This document shows, in pieces, positions 38,315 to 51,935 of a DNA stretch of 64,000 nucleotides. The DNA comes from Squalus acanthias (lineage: Eukaryota), in the NCBI GenBank assembly GCA_030390025.1, contig CM059431.1, positions 99,016,001 to 99,080,000 on the forward strand, read 5' to 3'. A program made the translations under genes and the position numbers. The notes beneath the pieces were generated by a model. That model ran no database searches. It was given only the letters and a program-made list of their open reading frames with translations, and had not been told where the DNA came from. Within the stretch, counting starts at the first letter, position 1. Each line of letters starts with the position of its first letter.

Positions 38315-40062
38315 AGCCGTGGCTCAATGGGCAGCACCCTCGCCGCTGAGTCAGAAGGTTGTGGGTTCAAGTCCCACTCCAGAGACTTGAGCACAAAATC
38401 TAGGCTGACACTCCAGTGCAGTACTGAGGGAGAGCCGCACTGTCGGAGGTGCAGTACTGAGGGAGCACCGCACTGTTGGACGGGCGGTACTGAGGGAGCG
38501 CCGCACTGTCGGAGGGGCGGTACTGAGGGAGCGCCGCACTGTCGGAGGGGCAGTACTGAGGGAGCGCCGCACTGTCGGAGGGGCAGTACTGAGGGAGTGC
38601 CGCACTGTCGGAGGGGCAGTACTGAGGGAGCGCCGCACTGTCGGAGGGGCAGTGCTGAGGGAGCGCCGCACTGTCGGAGGGGCAGTACTGAGGGAGCGCT
38701 GCACTGTCGGAGGGGCAGTACTGAGGGAGTGCTGCACTGTCGGAGGAGCAGTACTGAGGGAGTGCTGCACTGTCGGAGGGGCAGTACTGAGCGAGCGCTG
38801 CACTGTCAGAGGGGCAGTACTGAGGGAGTGTTACACTGTCGGAGGAGCAGTACTGAGGGAGTGCTGCACTGTCGGAGGGGCAGTACTGAGGGAGCGCTGC
38901 GCTGTTGGAGGGGCAGTACTGAGGGAGCGCTGCACTGTCGGAGGGGCAGTACTGAGGGAGCGCCGCACTGTCGGAGGGGCAGTACTGAGGGAGTGCCGCA
39001 CTGTCGGAGGGGCAGTACTGAGGGAGCGCCGCACTGTCGGAGGGGCAGTGCTGAGGGAGCGCCGCACTGTCGGAGGGGCAGTACTGAGGGAGCGCTGCAC
39101 TGTCGGAGGGGCAGTACTGAGGGAGCGCCGCACTATCAGAGGGGCAGTACTGAGGGAGCGCTGCGCTGTCGGAGGGGCAGTACTGAGCGAGCGCTGCACT
39201 GTCGGAGGGGCAGTACTGAGGGAGTGTTACACTGTCGGAGGAGCAGTACTGAGGGAGTGCTGCACTGTCGGAGGGGCAGTACTGAGGGAGCGCTGCGCTG
39301 TTGGAGGGGCAGTACTGAGGGAGCGCTGCACTATCAGAGGGGCAGTACTGAGGGAGCGCTGCGCTGTCGGAGGGGCAGTACTGAGCGAGCGCTGCACTGT
39401 CGGTGGGGCAGTACTGAGGGAGTGTTACACTGTCGGAGGAGCAGTACTGAGGGAGCGCTGCGCTGTCGGAGGGGCAGTACTGAGGGAGTGTTACACTGTC
39501 GGAGGGTCAGTACTGAGGGAGCGCTGCACTGTCGGAGGGGCAGTACTGAGGAAGCGCTGCGCTGTTGGAGGGGCAGTACTGAGGGAGCGCTGCACTGTCG
39601 GAGGGGCAGTACTGAGGGAGCGCCGCACTGTCGGAGGGGCAGTACTGAGGGAGTGTTACACTGTCAGAGGGGCAGTACTGAGGGAGCACTGCACTGTCAG
39701 AGAGGCAGTACTGAGGGAGTGCTGCACTGTCGGAGGTGCCGTCTTTCGGGTGAGACGTTAAATCGAGGCCCCGTCTGCCCTCTGAGATGGACGTAAAAAA
39801 TACCATGGCACTAATTCAAAGAGGAGCAGGGGAGTTATCCCTGGTATCCTGGCAAATATTTATCCCTCAATCAACATCACTAAATGGATTATCTGATCAT
39901 TATCATGTTGCTGTATGTGGGAGCTTGCTGTGCGCAAATTATCTGCTGCGTTTCCCACATTCCAACAGTAACTCCACTTCAGAAAAGTGCTTCATTTGCT
40001 GTAAAGCACTTTGGGACGTCCTGAGGCTGTGAAAGCCGCTATGTTAATACAAGTCTTTCTTT
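38315..40062 (+). mobile_element. Full-length Deu-domain SINE with internal 33-bp minisatellite (~40 copies, ~38418-39736)
   Basis: A box tggctcaatgg, B box ggttcaagtcc, array of gcagtactgagggagcgccgcactgtcggaggg, then gtgccgtctttcgggtgagacgttaaa and a (tctt)n tail. Confidence 0.92.
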
Positions 40063-40400
40063 CTATCCCTCTTAATACCCTTACTCAACAATCTCAATTT
40101 TGACATTTTCAATTGACACCCCCCAGCCTCAACAGCTTTTTGGGGGAGAGAGTTCCAGATTTCCACTAGCCTTTGTGTGAAGATGGTAAAGAATATTCAA
40201 TGGAAAGAAGATTGTCCAACCCATCAGGGACACTGTATCCCAGGAGTGGATACACGTCGCACCAGGTACCTCTGCTAAACGTTCCAACAAGGCAATAACC
40301 CATGAAGTTTCTGCCGAAGGAAATCCAGTAAAACTAGAAAGAAACATCACCAGACATTTCATTCAACACGGCTGTGTGCCTATTGCAGAAGAGATTCTTA

Positions 40401-41192
40401 GGGCTGGATTTTCAATGACCCGTGGAGTCGGGTTTGGAGGCGTGTGAGGGGTTAAAGTTGCAGATTCGGGGGTCCCGACCCCATCCCGACTCCATTCCGC
40501 CTCCACGCAATTTTGACAAAATCGGTCGCGGGGTTCCCGACTCCGTCCCGCCTCCAAGAGGCGGGAGAGGCCATTAAAGCCCTTAACAAGCCCTAAATTG
40601 GCTCTGTAATGCCATTTTGAAATGTTTTAGCTAGTTTAACCCTTTTCCGACGTGAAATACGCCTGATGTGAAACACGCCAGTGAAACCTGGCGGGAGCAC
40701 AAGTGGATAGCTGACTATCAGCTGCAGGTCGACTATTACAACGGAGATGTGATGAAGGTAGTAGTAGTAGTATTAGGTGTGAAAGTCGCCTCTGATGCTG
40801 CTGCATTGAATGTCTTCAGAGACTGCCTGGGAGAACTTGGTTGCAAAAAAAATTCTCTCACGCTCTCTCTCGCTCTCTCTCGCTCTCTCTCGCTCTCACG
40901 CTCTCTCTCTCTCTCTCTCTCTCTGATGCTGCTCATTTTGCATCCAGGTCCTCTCACAGCAAAGGCCAGGCAATCTCTGAGGCCAGGCAGTCTCTGACCT
41001 GCAATGATGACATCATCAGAGGCGACTTTCAGACTGAAACCACTAATTGGTTCATGGGTTCCCACATGCTGGAACTCAATTGCCCAATTAAGTGAAAATT
41101 GCATCAATCTCCCACATCCAATTGCAGTCGGGTGGATAACACGAAATGCGGATGACACGACCCCAACCCGCCCCAGTATCAAAATCCAGCCC
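40401..41192. mobile_element. Non-autonomous PIF/Harbinger DNA transposon (792 bp)
   Basis: Perfect 12-bp TIRs GGGCTGGATTTT/AAAATCCAGCCC; TTA duplicated at 40398-40400 and 41193-41195; internal (CT)n at ~40853-40924. Confidence 0.88.
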
Positions 41193-41309
41193 TTAATGTC
41201 ACCAAAAGAAATGCAGCCACTGGCACACTGTGGGATTGTTGACCTCCAGTATCCACCCTCAACCCAACAACCATCCTTCGGTTTTGGTGTGCAGATATTT
41301 GCAAAGAAA

Positions 41310-41485
41310 GAAAAGGAAAGAAAACGCATTTCTCCAGCGCCTTTCACCGCCTCAGGACATCCCAAAGCGCTTCACAGCCAATGAAGTATTTTTAAATTGG
41401 AGTCACTGTTGTAATGTAGGAAACGCGGCCGCCAATTTGTGCACAGCAAGCTCCCACTAACAGGAATGACCAGATAGTCTGTTTT
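41310..41485 (-). mobile_element. SINE 3' tail fragment
   Basis: Family match; a separate head fragment lies at ~41640-41712. Confidence 0.75.
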
Positions 41486-41724
41486 CGTGATGTACGTTGC
41501 CTATAAGCAACATTAGCCAGACTGCTGGCTATTTCCTTGGCCATTTGACAGCCTCATGCTTGGTTTTGGTTTGAATCTGCTTACTTTTCCAGGTGGGAGG
41601 CAGGGGGTTCGGGAGGGCGAAGCTGAAAGCACAGAAGTGGAGTCCCTGGAGTGGGATGTGACTCCCCGACAACTTTCTGACTCAGAGGTGAGAGTGTTAA
41701 CAAATGAGCCGAGGCAGACATGAG

Positions 41725-44700
41725 CCACCCACTCTAATCCCACTCTACCCCTCACTCCCCGCACCCTTTAATATCCCACCCACTCTAATCCCACTCTCCT
41801 CCTCACTCCCCGCACCCTTTAATATCCCACCCAGTCCAATCCCACACTCCTGCTCACTCCCCATACCCTTTAATATCCCACCCAGTCTAATCCCACTCTC
41901 CCGCTCACTCCCTGTACACTTTAATATCCCACCCAGTCTAATCCCACTCTCCTGCTCACTCCCCATACACTTTAATATCCCACCCAGTCTAATCCCACTC
42001 TCCCGCTCACTCCCCGTACACTTTAATATCCCACCCAGTCTAATCCCACTCTCCTGCTCACTCCCCATACACTTTAATATCCCACCCACTCTAATCCCAC
42101 TCTCCCGCTCACTCCCCGTACCCTTTAATATCCCACCCAGTCTAATCCCACTCTACCCCACACTCCCCGTACCCTTTAATATCCCACCCAGTCTAATCCC
42201 ACTCTACCCCACACTCCCCGTACCCTTTAATATCCCACCCAGTCTAATCCCACTCTCCCCCTCACTCCCCGTACCCTTTAATATCCCACACAGTCTAATC
42301 CCACTCTCTCCCTCACTCCCCACACCCTTTAATATCCCACCCAGTCTAATCCCACTCTCCCGCTCACTCCCCGTATACTTTAATATCCCACCCAGTCTAA
42401 TCCCACTCTCCCCCTCACTCCCCGTATACTTTAATATCCCACCCACTCTAATCCCACTCTACCCCTCACTCCCTGCACCCTTTAATATCCCACCCAGTCT
42501 AATCCCACTCTACCCCACACTCCCCGTACCCTTTAATATCCCACCCAGTCTAATGCCACTCTACCCCTCACTCCCCGTACCCTTTAATATCCCACCCAGT
42601 CTAATCCCACTCTCCCCCTCACTCCCCGTATACTTTAATATCCCACCCACTCTAATCCCACTCTACCCCTCACTCCCCGCACCCTTTAATATCCCACCCA
42701 GTCTAATCCCACTCTCCCCACCACTCCCCGTACCCTTTAATATCCCACCCAGTCTAATCTCACTCTCCCCCTCACTCCCCGTACCCTTTAATATCCCACC
42801 CAGTCTAATCCCACCCTCCCCCCCACTCCCCGTACTCTTTAATATCCCACCCAGTCTAATCCCACTCTCCCCCTCACTCCCCATACCCTTTAATATCACA
42901 ACCAGTCTATTCCCACTCTCCCCCTCACTCCCCGTACACTTTAATATCAGACCCAGTCTAATCCCACTCTCCAGCTCACTCCCCATACCCATTAATATCC
43001 CACCCAGTCTAGTCCCACTCTCCCCCTCACTCCCTGTACACTTTAATATCTCACCCAGTCTAATCGCACGCTCCCCCTCACTCCGCGCACCCTTTAATAT
43101 CCCACCCAGTCTAATCCCACTCTCCCCTCACTCCCCGTACCCTTTAATAACCCACCCAGTCTAATCCCACTTTCCCACTCACTCCCCGAAATTTTTAATA
43201 TCCCACCAAGTCTAATCTAGCTCTCCCGCTCACTCCCCGTACCCTTTAATATCCCACCCAGTCTAATCCCACTCTCCTGCTCACTCCCCGTACCCTTTAA
43301 TATCCCACCCAGTCTAATCTCACTCTCCCCTTCACTCCCCAAACCCTTTAATATCCCACCCAGTCTAATCCCACACTCCTGCTCACTCCCCGTACCCTTT
43401 AATATCCCACACAGTCTAATCCCACTCTCTCCCTCACTCCCCACACCCTTTAATATCCCACCCAGTCTAATCCCACTCTCCCCCTCACTCCCCGTATCCT
43501 TTAATATCCCACCCAGTCTAATCCCACTCTCCCCCTCACTCCCCGTATCCTTTAATATCCCACCCAGTCTAATCCCACTCTCCCCCTCACTCCCCGTGTC
43601 CTTTAATTTCCCACCCAGTCTAATCCCACTCTCCCCCTCTCACCGTACCCTTTAATATCCCACCAGTCTAATCCGACTCTCCCCCTCACTCCCCGTACCC
43701 TTTAATATCCCACCCACTCTAATCCCACTCTCCCCCTCACTCCCCGTACCCTTTAATATCCCACCCAGTCTAATCCCACTCTCCCCCTCACTCCCCGTAT
43801 CCTTTAATTTCCCACCCAGTCTAATCCCACTCTCCCCCTCTCACCGTACCCTTTAATATCCCACCAGTCTAATCCCACTCTCCCCCTCACTCCCCGTACC
43901 CTTTAATATCCCACCCAGTCTAATCCCACTCTCCCCTCACTCCCCGTACCCTTTAATAACCCACCCAGTCTAATCCCACTTTCCCACTCACTCCCCGAAA
44001 TTTTTAATATCCCACCAAGTCTAATCTAGCTCTCCCGCTCACTCCCCGTACCCTTTAATATCCCACCCAGTCTAATCCCACTCTCCTGCTCACTCCCCGT
44101 ACCCTTTAATATCCCACCCAGTCTAATCTCACTCTCCCCTTCACTCCCCAAACCCTTTAATATCCCACCCAGTCTAATCCCACTCTCCTGCTCACTCCCC
44201 GTACCCTTTAATATCCCACCCAGTCTAATCCCACTCTCTCCCTCACTCCCCACACCCTTTAATATCCCACCCAGTCTAATCCCACTCTCCCCCTCACTCC
44301 CCGTATCCTTTAATATCCCACCCAGTCTAATCCCACTCTCCCCCTCACTCCCCGTATCCTTTAATATCCCACCCAGTCTAATCCCACTCTCCCCCTCACT
44401 CCCCGTGTCCTTTAATTTCCCACCCAGTCTAATCCCACTCTCCCCCTCTCACCGTACCCTTTAATATCCCACCAGTCTAATCCCACTCTCCCCCTCACTC
44501 CCCGTACCCTTTAATATCCCACCCACTCTAATCCCACTCTCCCCCTCACTCCCCGTACCCTTTAATATCCCACTCAGTCTAATCCCACTCTCCCCCTCAC
44601 TCCCCGTATCCTTTAATTTCCCACCCAGTCTAATCCCACTCTCCCCCTCTCACCGTAACCTTTAATATCCCACCAGTCTAATCCCACTCTCCCCCTCACT

Positions 44701-47700
44701 CCCCGTACCCTTTAATATCCCACCCACTCTAATCCCACTCTCCCCCTCACTCCCCGTACCCTTTAATATCCCACCCACTCTAATCGCACTCTACCCCTCA
44801 CTCCCCATACACTTTAATATCCCATCCAGTCTAATCCCACTCTCCCCCTACTCCCTGTAACCTTTAATATCTCACCCAGTCTAATCCCACTCTCCTGCTC
44901 TCTCCGCGCACCCTTTAATATCCCATCCAGTCTAATCCCACTCTCCCCCTCACTCCCCGTACCCTTTACTATCTCACCCAGTTGAATCCCACTCTCCCCT
45001 CACTCCCAATACCCTTTAATATCTCACCCAGTCTAATCCCACTCTCCCCCTCACTCCCTGTACCCTTTAATATCTCACCCAGTCTAATCCCACTCTCCTG
45101 TTCACTCCGCGCACCCTTTAATATCCCATCCAGTCTAATCCCACTCTCCCCCTCACATCCTGCACCCTTTAATATCTCACCCAGTCTAATCACACCCTCC
45201 CCCTCACTCCACGCACCCTTTAATATCGCACCCAGTCTAATCCCACTCTACCCCTCACTCCCCGTACCCTTTAATATCTCACCCAGTTTAAACCCACTCT
45301 CCCCTCACTCCCCGTACCCTTTAATATCCCACCCAGTCGAATCCCACTCTCCCGCTCACTCCCCGAACTCTTTAATATCCCACCAATTCTAATCTCACTC
45401 TCCCCCTCACTCCCCGTACCCTATAATATCCCACCCAGTCTAATCCCACTCTCCCCCTCACTCCGCGTACCCTTTAATATCCCACCCAGTCTAATCCCAC
45501 TCTCCCGCTCACTCCCCGTACCCTTTAATATCCCACCCAGTCTAATCCCACTCTCCTGCTCACTCCCCACACTCTTTCATATCCCACCCAGTCTAATCCC
45601 ACTCTCTCCCTCACTCCCCACACCCTTTAATATCCCACCCAGTCTAATCCTACTCTCCTGCTCACTCCCCATACCCTTTAATATCCCACCCAGTCTAATC
45701 CCACTCTCCCCATCACTCCCCAAATTCTTTAATATCCCACCCAGTCTAATCTCACTCTCCTGCTCACTCCCCGTAACCTTTAATATCCCACCCAGTCTAA
45801 TCCCACTCTCTCCCTCACTCCCCACACCCTTTAATATCCCACCCAGTCTAATCCGACTCTATCGCTCACTCCCCGCACCCTTTAATATCCCACCCAGTCT
45901 AATTCCACTCTCCTGCTCACTCCCCGCACCCTTTAATATCCCACCCAGTCTAATCCCACTCTACCCCTCACTCCCCGTACCCTTTAATATCGCACCCATT
46001 CTAATCCCACTCTCCCCCTCACTCCCCGTACCCTTTAATATCCCACCCAGTCTAATCCCACTCTCCCCCTCACTCCCCATACCCTTTAATATCCCACCCA
46101 GTCTAATCCCACTCTCCCTCTCGCTCTCTCTATCCTTTAATAACCCACCCAGTCTAATCCAACTCTCCCGCTCACTCCCCGTACCCTTTCATATCCCACC
46201 CAGTCTAATCCCACTCTCTCCCTCACTCCCCACACCCTTTAATATCCCACCCAGTCTAATCCTACTCTCCTGCTCACTCCCCATACCCTTTAATATCCCA
46301 CCCAGTCTAATCCCACTCTCCCCTTCACTCCCCAAATTCTTTAATATCCCACCCAGTCTAATCTCACTCTCCTGCTCACTCCCCATACCCTTTAATATCC
46401 CACCCAGTCTAATCCCACTCTCCCCCTCACTCCCCGTACCCTTTAATATCCCACCCACTCTAATCCCACTCTACCCCTCACTCCCCATACACTTTAATAT
46501 CCCACCCAGTCTAATCCCACTCTCCAGTTCACTCCCCATACCCATTAATATCCCACCCAGTCTAATCCCACTCTCCCCCTCACTCCCTGTACCCTTTAAT
46601 ATCTCACCCAGTCTAATCCCACTCTCCTGCTCTCTCCGCGCACCCTTTAATATCCCATCCAGTCTAATCCCACTCTCCCCCTCACTCCCCGTACCCTTTA
46701 CTATCTCACCCAGTTGAATCCCACTCTCCCCTCACTCCCAATACCCATTAATATCCCACCCAGTCTAATCCCAGTATCCCCCTCACATCCTGTACCCTTT
46801 AATATCTCACCCAGTCTAATCACACCCTCCCCCTCACTCCGCGCACCCTTTAATATCGCACCCAGTCTAATCCCACTCTACCCCTCACTCCCCGTACCCT
46901 TTAATATCTCACCCAGTTTAAACCCACTCTCCCCTCACTCCCCGTACCCTTTAATATCCCACCCAGTCGAATCCCACTCTCCCGCTCACTCCCCGAACTC
47001 TTTAATATCCCACCAATTCTAATCTCACTCTCCCCCTCACTCCTCGTACCCTTTAATATCCCACCCAGTCTAATCCCACTCTCCCCCTCACTCCGCGTAC
47101 CCTTTAATATCCCACCCAGTCTAATCCCACTCTCCCGCTCACTCCCCGTACCCTTTAATATCCCACCCAGTCTAATCCGACTCTATCGCTCACTCCCCGC
47201 ACCCTTTAATATCCCACCCAGTCTAATTCCACTCTCCTGCTCACTCCCCGCACCCTTTAATATCCCACCCAGTCTAATCCCACTCTCCTGCTCACTCCCC
47301 GCACCCTTTAATATCCCACCCAGTCTAATCCCACTCTACCCCTCACTCCCCGTACCCTTTAATATCGCACCCATTCTAATCCCACTCTCCCCCTCACTCC
47401 CCGTACCCTTTAATATCCCACCCAGTCTAATCCCACTCTCCCCCTCACTCCCCATACCCTTTAATATCCCACCCAGTCTAATCCCACTCTCCCTCTCGCT
47501 CTCCCTATCCTTTAATAACCCACCCAGTCTAATCCAACTCTCCCGCTCACTCCCCGTACCCTTTCATATCCCACCCAGTCTAATCCCACTCTCTCCCTCA
47601 CTCCCCACACCCTTTAATATCCCACCCAGTCTAATCCTACTCTCCTGCTCACTCCCCATACCCTTTAATATCCCACCCAGTCTAATCCCACTCTCCCCTT

Positions 47701-50700
47701 CACTCCCCAAATTCTTTAATATCCCACCCAGTCTAATCTCACTCTCCTGCTCACTCCCCATACCCTTTAATATCCCACCCACTCTAATCCCACTCTACCC
47801 CTCACTCCCCATGCACTTTAATATCCCACCCAGTCTAATCCCACTCTCCCCCTCACTCCCCGTACCCTTTAATATCCCACCCACTCTAATCCCACTCTAC
47901 CCCTCACTCCCCATACACTTTAATATCCCACCCAGTCTAATCCCACTCTCCAGTTCACTCCCCATACCCATTAATATCCCACCCAGTCTAATCCCACTCT
48001 CCCCCTCACTCCCTGTACCCTTTAATATCTCACCCAGTCTAATCCCACTCTCCTGCTCTCTCCGCGCACCCTTTAGTATCCCATCCAGTCTAATCCCACT
48101 CTCCCCCTCACTCCCCGTACCCTTTACTATCTCACCCAGTTGAATCCCACTCTCCCCTCACTCCCAATACCCATTAATATCCCACCCAGTCTAATCCCAG
48201 TCTCCCCCTCACTCCCTGTAACCTTTAATATCTCACCCAGTCTAATCGCACCCTCCCCCTCACTCCGCGCACCCTTTAATATCCCACCCAGTCTAATCCC
48301 ACTCTCCCGCTCACTCCCCGTACCCTTTAATATCTCACCCAGTTTAAACCCACTCTCCCCTCACTCCCCGTACCCTTTAATATCCCACCCAGTCGAATCC
48401 CACTCTCCCGCTCACTCCCCGAACCCTTTAATATCCCACCCAGTCTAATCTCACTCTCCCCTCACTCCCCGTACCCTTTAATATCCCACCCAGTCTAATC
48501 CCACTCTCCCCCTCACTCCGCGTACCCTTTAATATCCCACCCAGTCTAATCCCACTCTCCCTCTCGCTCTCCCTATCCTTTAATAACCCACCCAGTCTAA
48601 TCCCACTCTCCCGCTCACTCCCCGTACCCTTTAATATCCCACCCAGTCTAATCCCACTCTCCTGCTCACTCCCCACACCCTTTCATATCCCACCCAGTCT
48701 AATCCCACTCTCTCCCTCACTCCCCACACCCTTTAATATCCCACCCAGTCTAATCCCACTCTCCTGCTCACTCCCCGTACCCTTTAATATCCCACCCAGT
48801 CTAATCCCACTCTCCCCATCACTCCCCAAATTCTTTAATATCCCACCCAGTCTAATCTCACTCTCCTGCTCACTCCCCGTAACCTTTAATATCCCACCCA
48901 GTCTAATCCCACTCTCTCCCTCACTCCCCACACCCTTTAATATCCCACCCAGTCTAATCCGACTCTATCGCTCACTCCCCGCACCCTTTAATATCCCACC
49001 CAGTCTAATCCCACTCTATCGCTCACTCCCTGTACCCTTTAATATCCCACCCAGTCTAATCCCTCTCTCCCCCTCACTCCCCACACCCTTTAATATCCCA
49101 CCCAGTCTAATCCCACTCTACCCCTCACTCCCCGTACCCTTTAATATCGCACCCATTCTAATCCCACTCTCCCCCTCACTCCCCGTACCCTTTAATATCC
49201 CACCCAGTCTAATCCCACTCTCCCCCTCACTCCGCGTACCCTTTAATATCCCACCCAGTCTAATCCCACTCTCCCTCTCGCTCTCCCTATCCTTTAATAA
49301 CCCACCCAGTCTAATCCCACTCTCCCGCTCACTCCCCGTACCCTTTAATATCCCACCCAGTCTAATCCCACTCTCCTGCTCACTCCCCACACCCTTTCAT
49401 ATCCCACCCAGTCTAATCCCACTCTCCCGCTCACTCCCCGTACCCTTTAATATCCCACCCAGTCTAATCCCACTCTCCTGCTCACTCCCCACACCCTTTC
49501 ATATCCCACCCAGTCTAATCCCACTCTCTCCCTCACTCCCCACACCCTTTAATATCCCACCCAGTCTAATCCCACTCTCCCGCTCACTCCCCGTACCCTT
49601 TAATATCCCACCCAGTCTAATCCCACTCTCCCCATCACTCCCCAAATTCTTTAATATCCCACCCAGTCTAATCTCACTCTCCTGCTCACTCCCCGTAACC
49701 TTTAATATCCCACCCAGTCTAATCCCACTCTCTCCCTCACTCCCCACACCCTTTAATATCCCACCCAGTCTAATCCGACTCTATCGCTCACTCCCCGCAC
49801 CCTTTAATATCCCACCCAGTCTAATCCCACTCTATCGCTCACTCCCTGTACACTTTAATATCCCACCCAGTCTAATCCCACTCTACCCCTCACTCCCCGT
49901 ACCCTTTAATATCGCACCCATTCTAATCCCACTATCCCCCTCACTCCCCGTACCCTTTAATATCCCACCCAGTCTAATCCCACTCTCCCCCTCACTCCGC
50001 GTACCCTTTAATATCCCACCCAGTCTAATCCCACTCTCCCTCTCGCTCTCCCTATCCTTTAATAACCCACCCAGTCTAATCCCACTCTCCCGCTCACTCC
50101 CCGTACCCTTTAATATCCCACCCAGTCTAATCCCACTCTCCTGCTCACTCCCCACACCCTTTCATATCCCACCCAGTCTAATCCCACTCTCTCCCTCACT
50201 CCCCACACCCTTTAATATCCCACCCAGTCTAATCCTACTCTCCTGCTCACTCCCCATACCCTTTAATATCCCACCCAGTCTAATCCCACTCTTCCCATCA
50301 CTCCCCAAATTCTTTAATATCCCACCCAGTCTAATCCCACTCTCTCCCTCACTCCCCACACCCTTTAATATCCCACCCAGTCTAATCCGACTCTATCGCT
50401 CACTCCCCGCACCCTTTAATATCCCACCCAGTCTAATCCCACTCTCTCCCTCACTCCCCACACCCTTTAATATCCCACCCAGTCTAATCCGACTCTATCG
50501 CTCACTCCCTGTACACTTTAATATCCCACCCAGTCTAATCCCACTCTACCCCTCACTCCCCGTACCCTTTAATATCGCACCCATTCTAATCCCACTCTCC
50601 CCCTCACTCCCCGTGCCCTTTAATATCCCACCCAGTCTAATTCCACTCTCCTGCTCACTCCCCGCACCCTTTAATATCCCACCCAGTCTAATCCCACTCT

Positions 50701-51692
50701 CCGCCTCACTCCCCATACCCTTTAATATCCCACCCAGTCTAATCCGTCTCTATCGCTCACTCCCCGCACCCTTTAATATCCCACCCAGTCTAATTCCTCT
50801 CTCCTGCTCACTCCCCGCACCCTTTAATATCCCACCCAGTCTAATCCCACTCTATCGCTCACTCCCTGTACACTTTAATATCCCACCCAGTCTAATCCCA
50901 CTCTACCCCTCACTCCCCGTACCCTTTAATATCGCACCCATTCTAATCCCACTCTCCCCCTCACTCCCCGTACCCTTTAATATCCCACCCAGTCTAATCC
51001 CACACTCCCGCTCACTCCTTGTACCCTTTAATATCCCACCCAGTCTAATCCCACTCTCCTGCTCGATCCCCAGACCCTTTAATATCCCACCCAGTCTAAT
51101 CCCACTCTCCAGCTCACTCCCTGTACCCTTTAATATCCCACCCAGTCTAATCCCACTCTCCTGCTCGATCCACAGACCCTTTAATATCCCACCCAGTCTA
51201 ATCCCACTCTCCCGCTCACTCCCCGTACCCTTTAATATCCCACCCAGTGTAACCCCACTCTCCTGCTCGATCCACAGACCCTTTAATATCCCACCCAGTC
51301 TAATCCCACTCTCCTGCTCACTCCCCGTTCTGTTTAATATCCCACCCAGTGTAATCCCACTCTCCCCCTCACTCCCCGTACCCTTTAATATCCCACCCAG
51401 TCTAATCCCACCCTCCCCCTCACTCCCCGTACACTTTAATATCCCACCCAGTCTAATCCCACTCTCCCCCTCCCTCCCTGTACCCTTTAATATCCCACCC
51501 AGTCTAATCCCACTCTCCTGCTCGATCCGCAGACCCTTTAATATCCCTCCCAGTCTAATCCCACTCTCCCGCTCACTCCCTGTACCCTTTAATATCCCAC
51601 CCAGTCTAATCCCACTCTCCTGCTCACTCCCCGTTCTGTTTAATAGCCCACCCAGTCTAATCCCACTCTCCTGCTCGCTCTCTGTACCCTTT
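41725..51692. repeat. ~10 kb tandem array, 51-bp unit, about 195 copies
   Basis: Consensus cccacccagtctaatcccactctccccctcactccccgtaccctttaatat; explains the 17-aa periodic ORFs. Confidence 0.98.
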
Positions 51693-51935
51693 AAGATTCC
51701 AGTTTTTCAAGCAACTATTTCATTCTCTTTTAAAATAATTTCAGGTTTCTGTATCAGCCATGGTTTGTGGCCAAGATCTCCACATTCTAACCACCCTGAG
51801 TGCAAAGACATTTTTTTAAAAACGTCCCCTTCAATTCTTGTGATTATCTTCAGTTTGTGCCGTCATCTCAGTGGACACAATCTATCATTATATTCATCTT
51901 ATCAGAACCCTTCATAATCTTGAAGACCTCTAAAG
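51693..51935 (-). mobile_element. Old CR1 3' fragment that runs directly into the 51-bp array
   Basis: Minus strand EVFKIMKG near 51930 and FKRE*NSCLKNWNLKGYRERAGEWD* across the array boundary. Confidence 0.8.

Noticed and set aside
28959..39796. ORFs of 280-535 aa with STEGAPHCRRG or RTVGGAVLRE periodicity
   Set aside because: Translations of the SINE-internal 33-bp minisatellites.
40268..40333. Exon-like segment on minus (ctag|TTTTACTGG...GCAGAG|gtacc)
   Set aside because: Reads as a phase 2-0 segment that does not fit the flanking exons; no recognisable motif.
41704..51917. Long Pro-rich and Gly-rich ORFs in the array
   Set aside because: By-products of a 51-bp unit without stops in some frames; broken by single-base indels.
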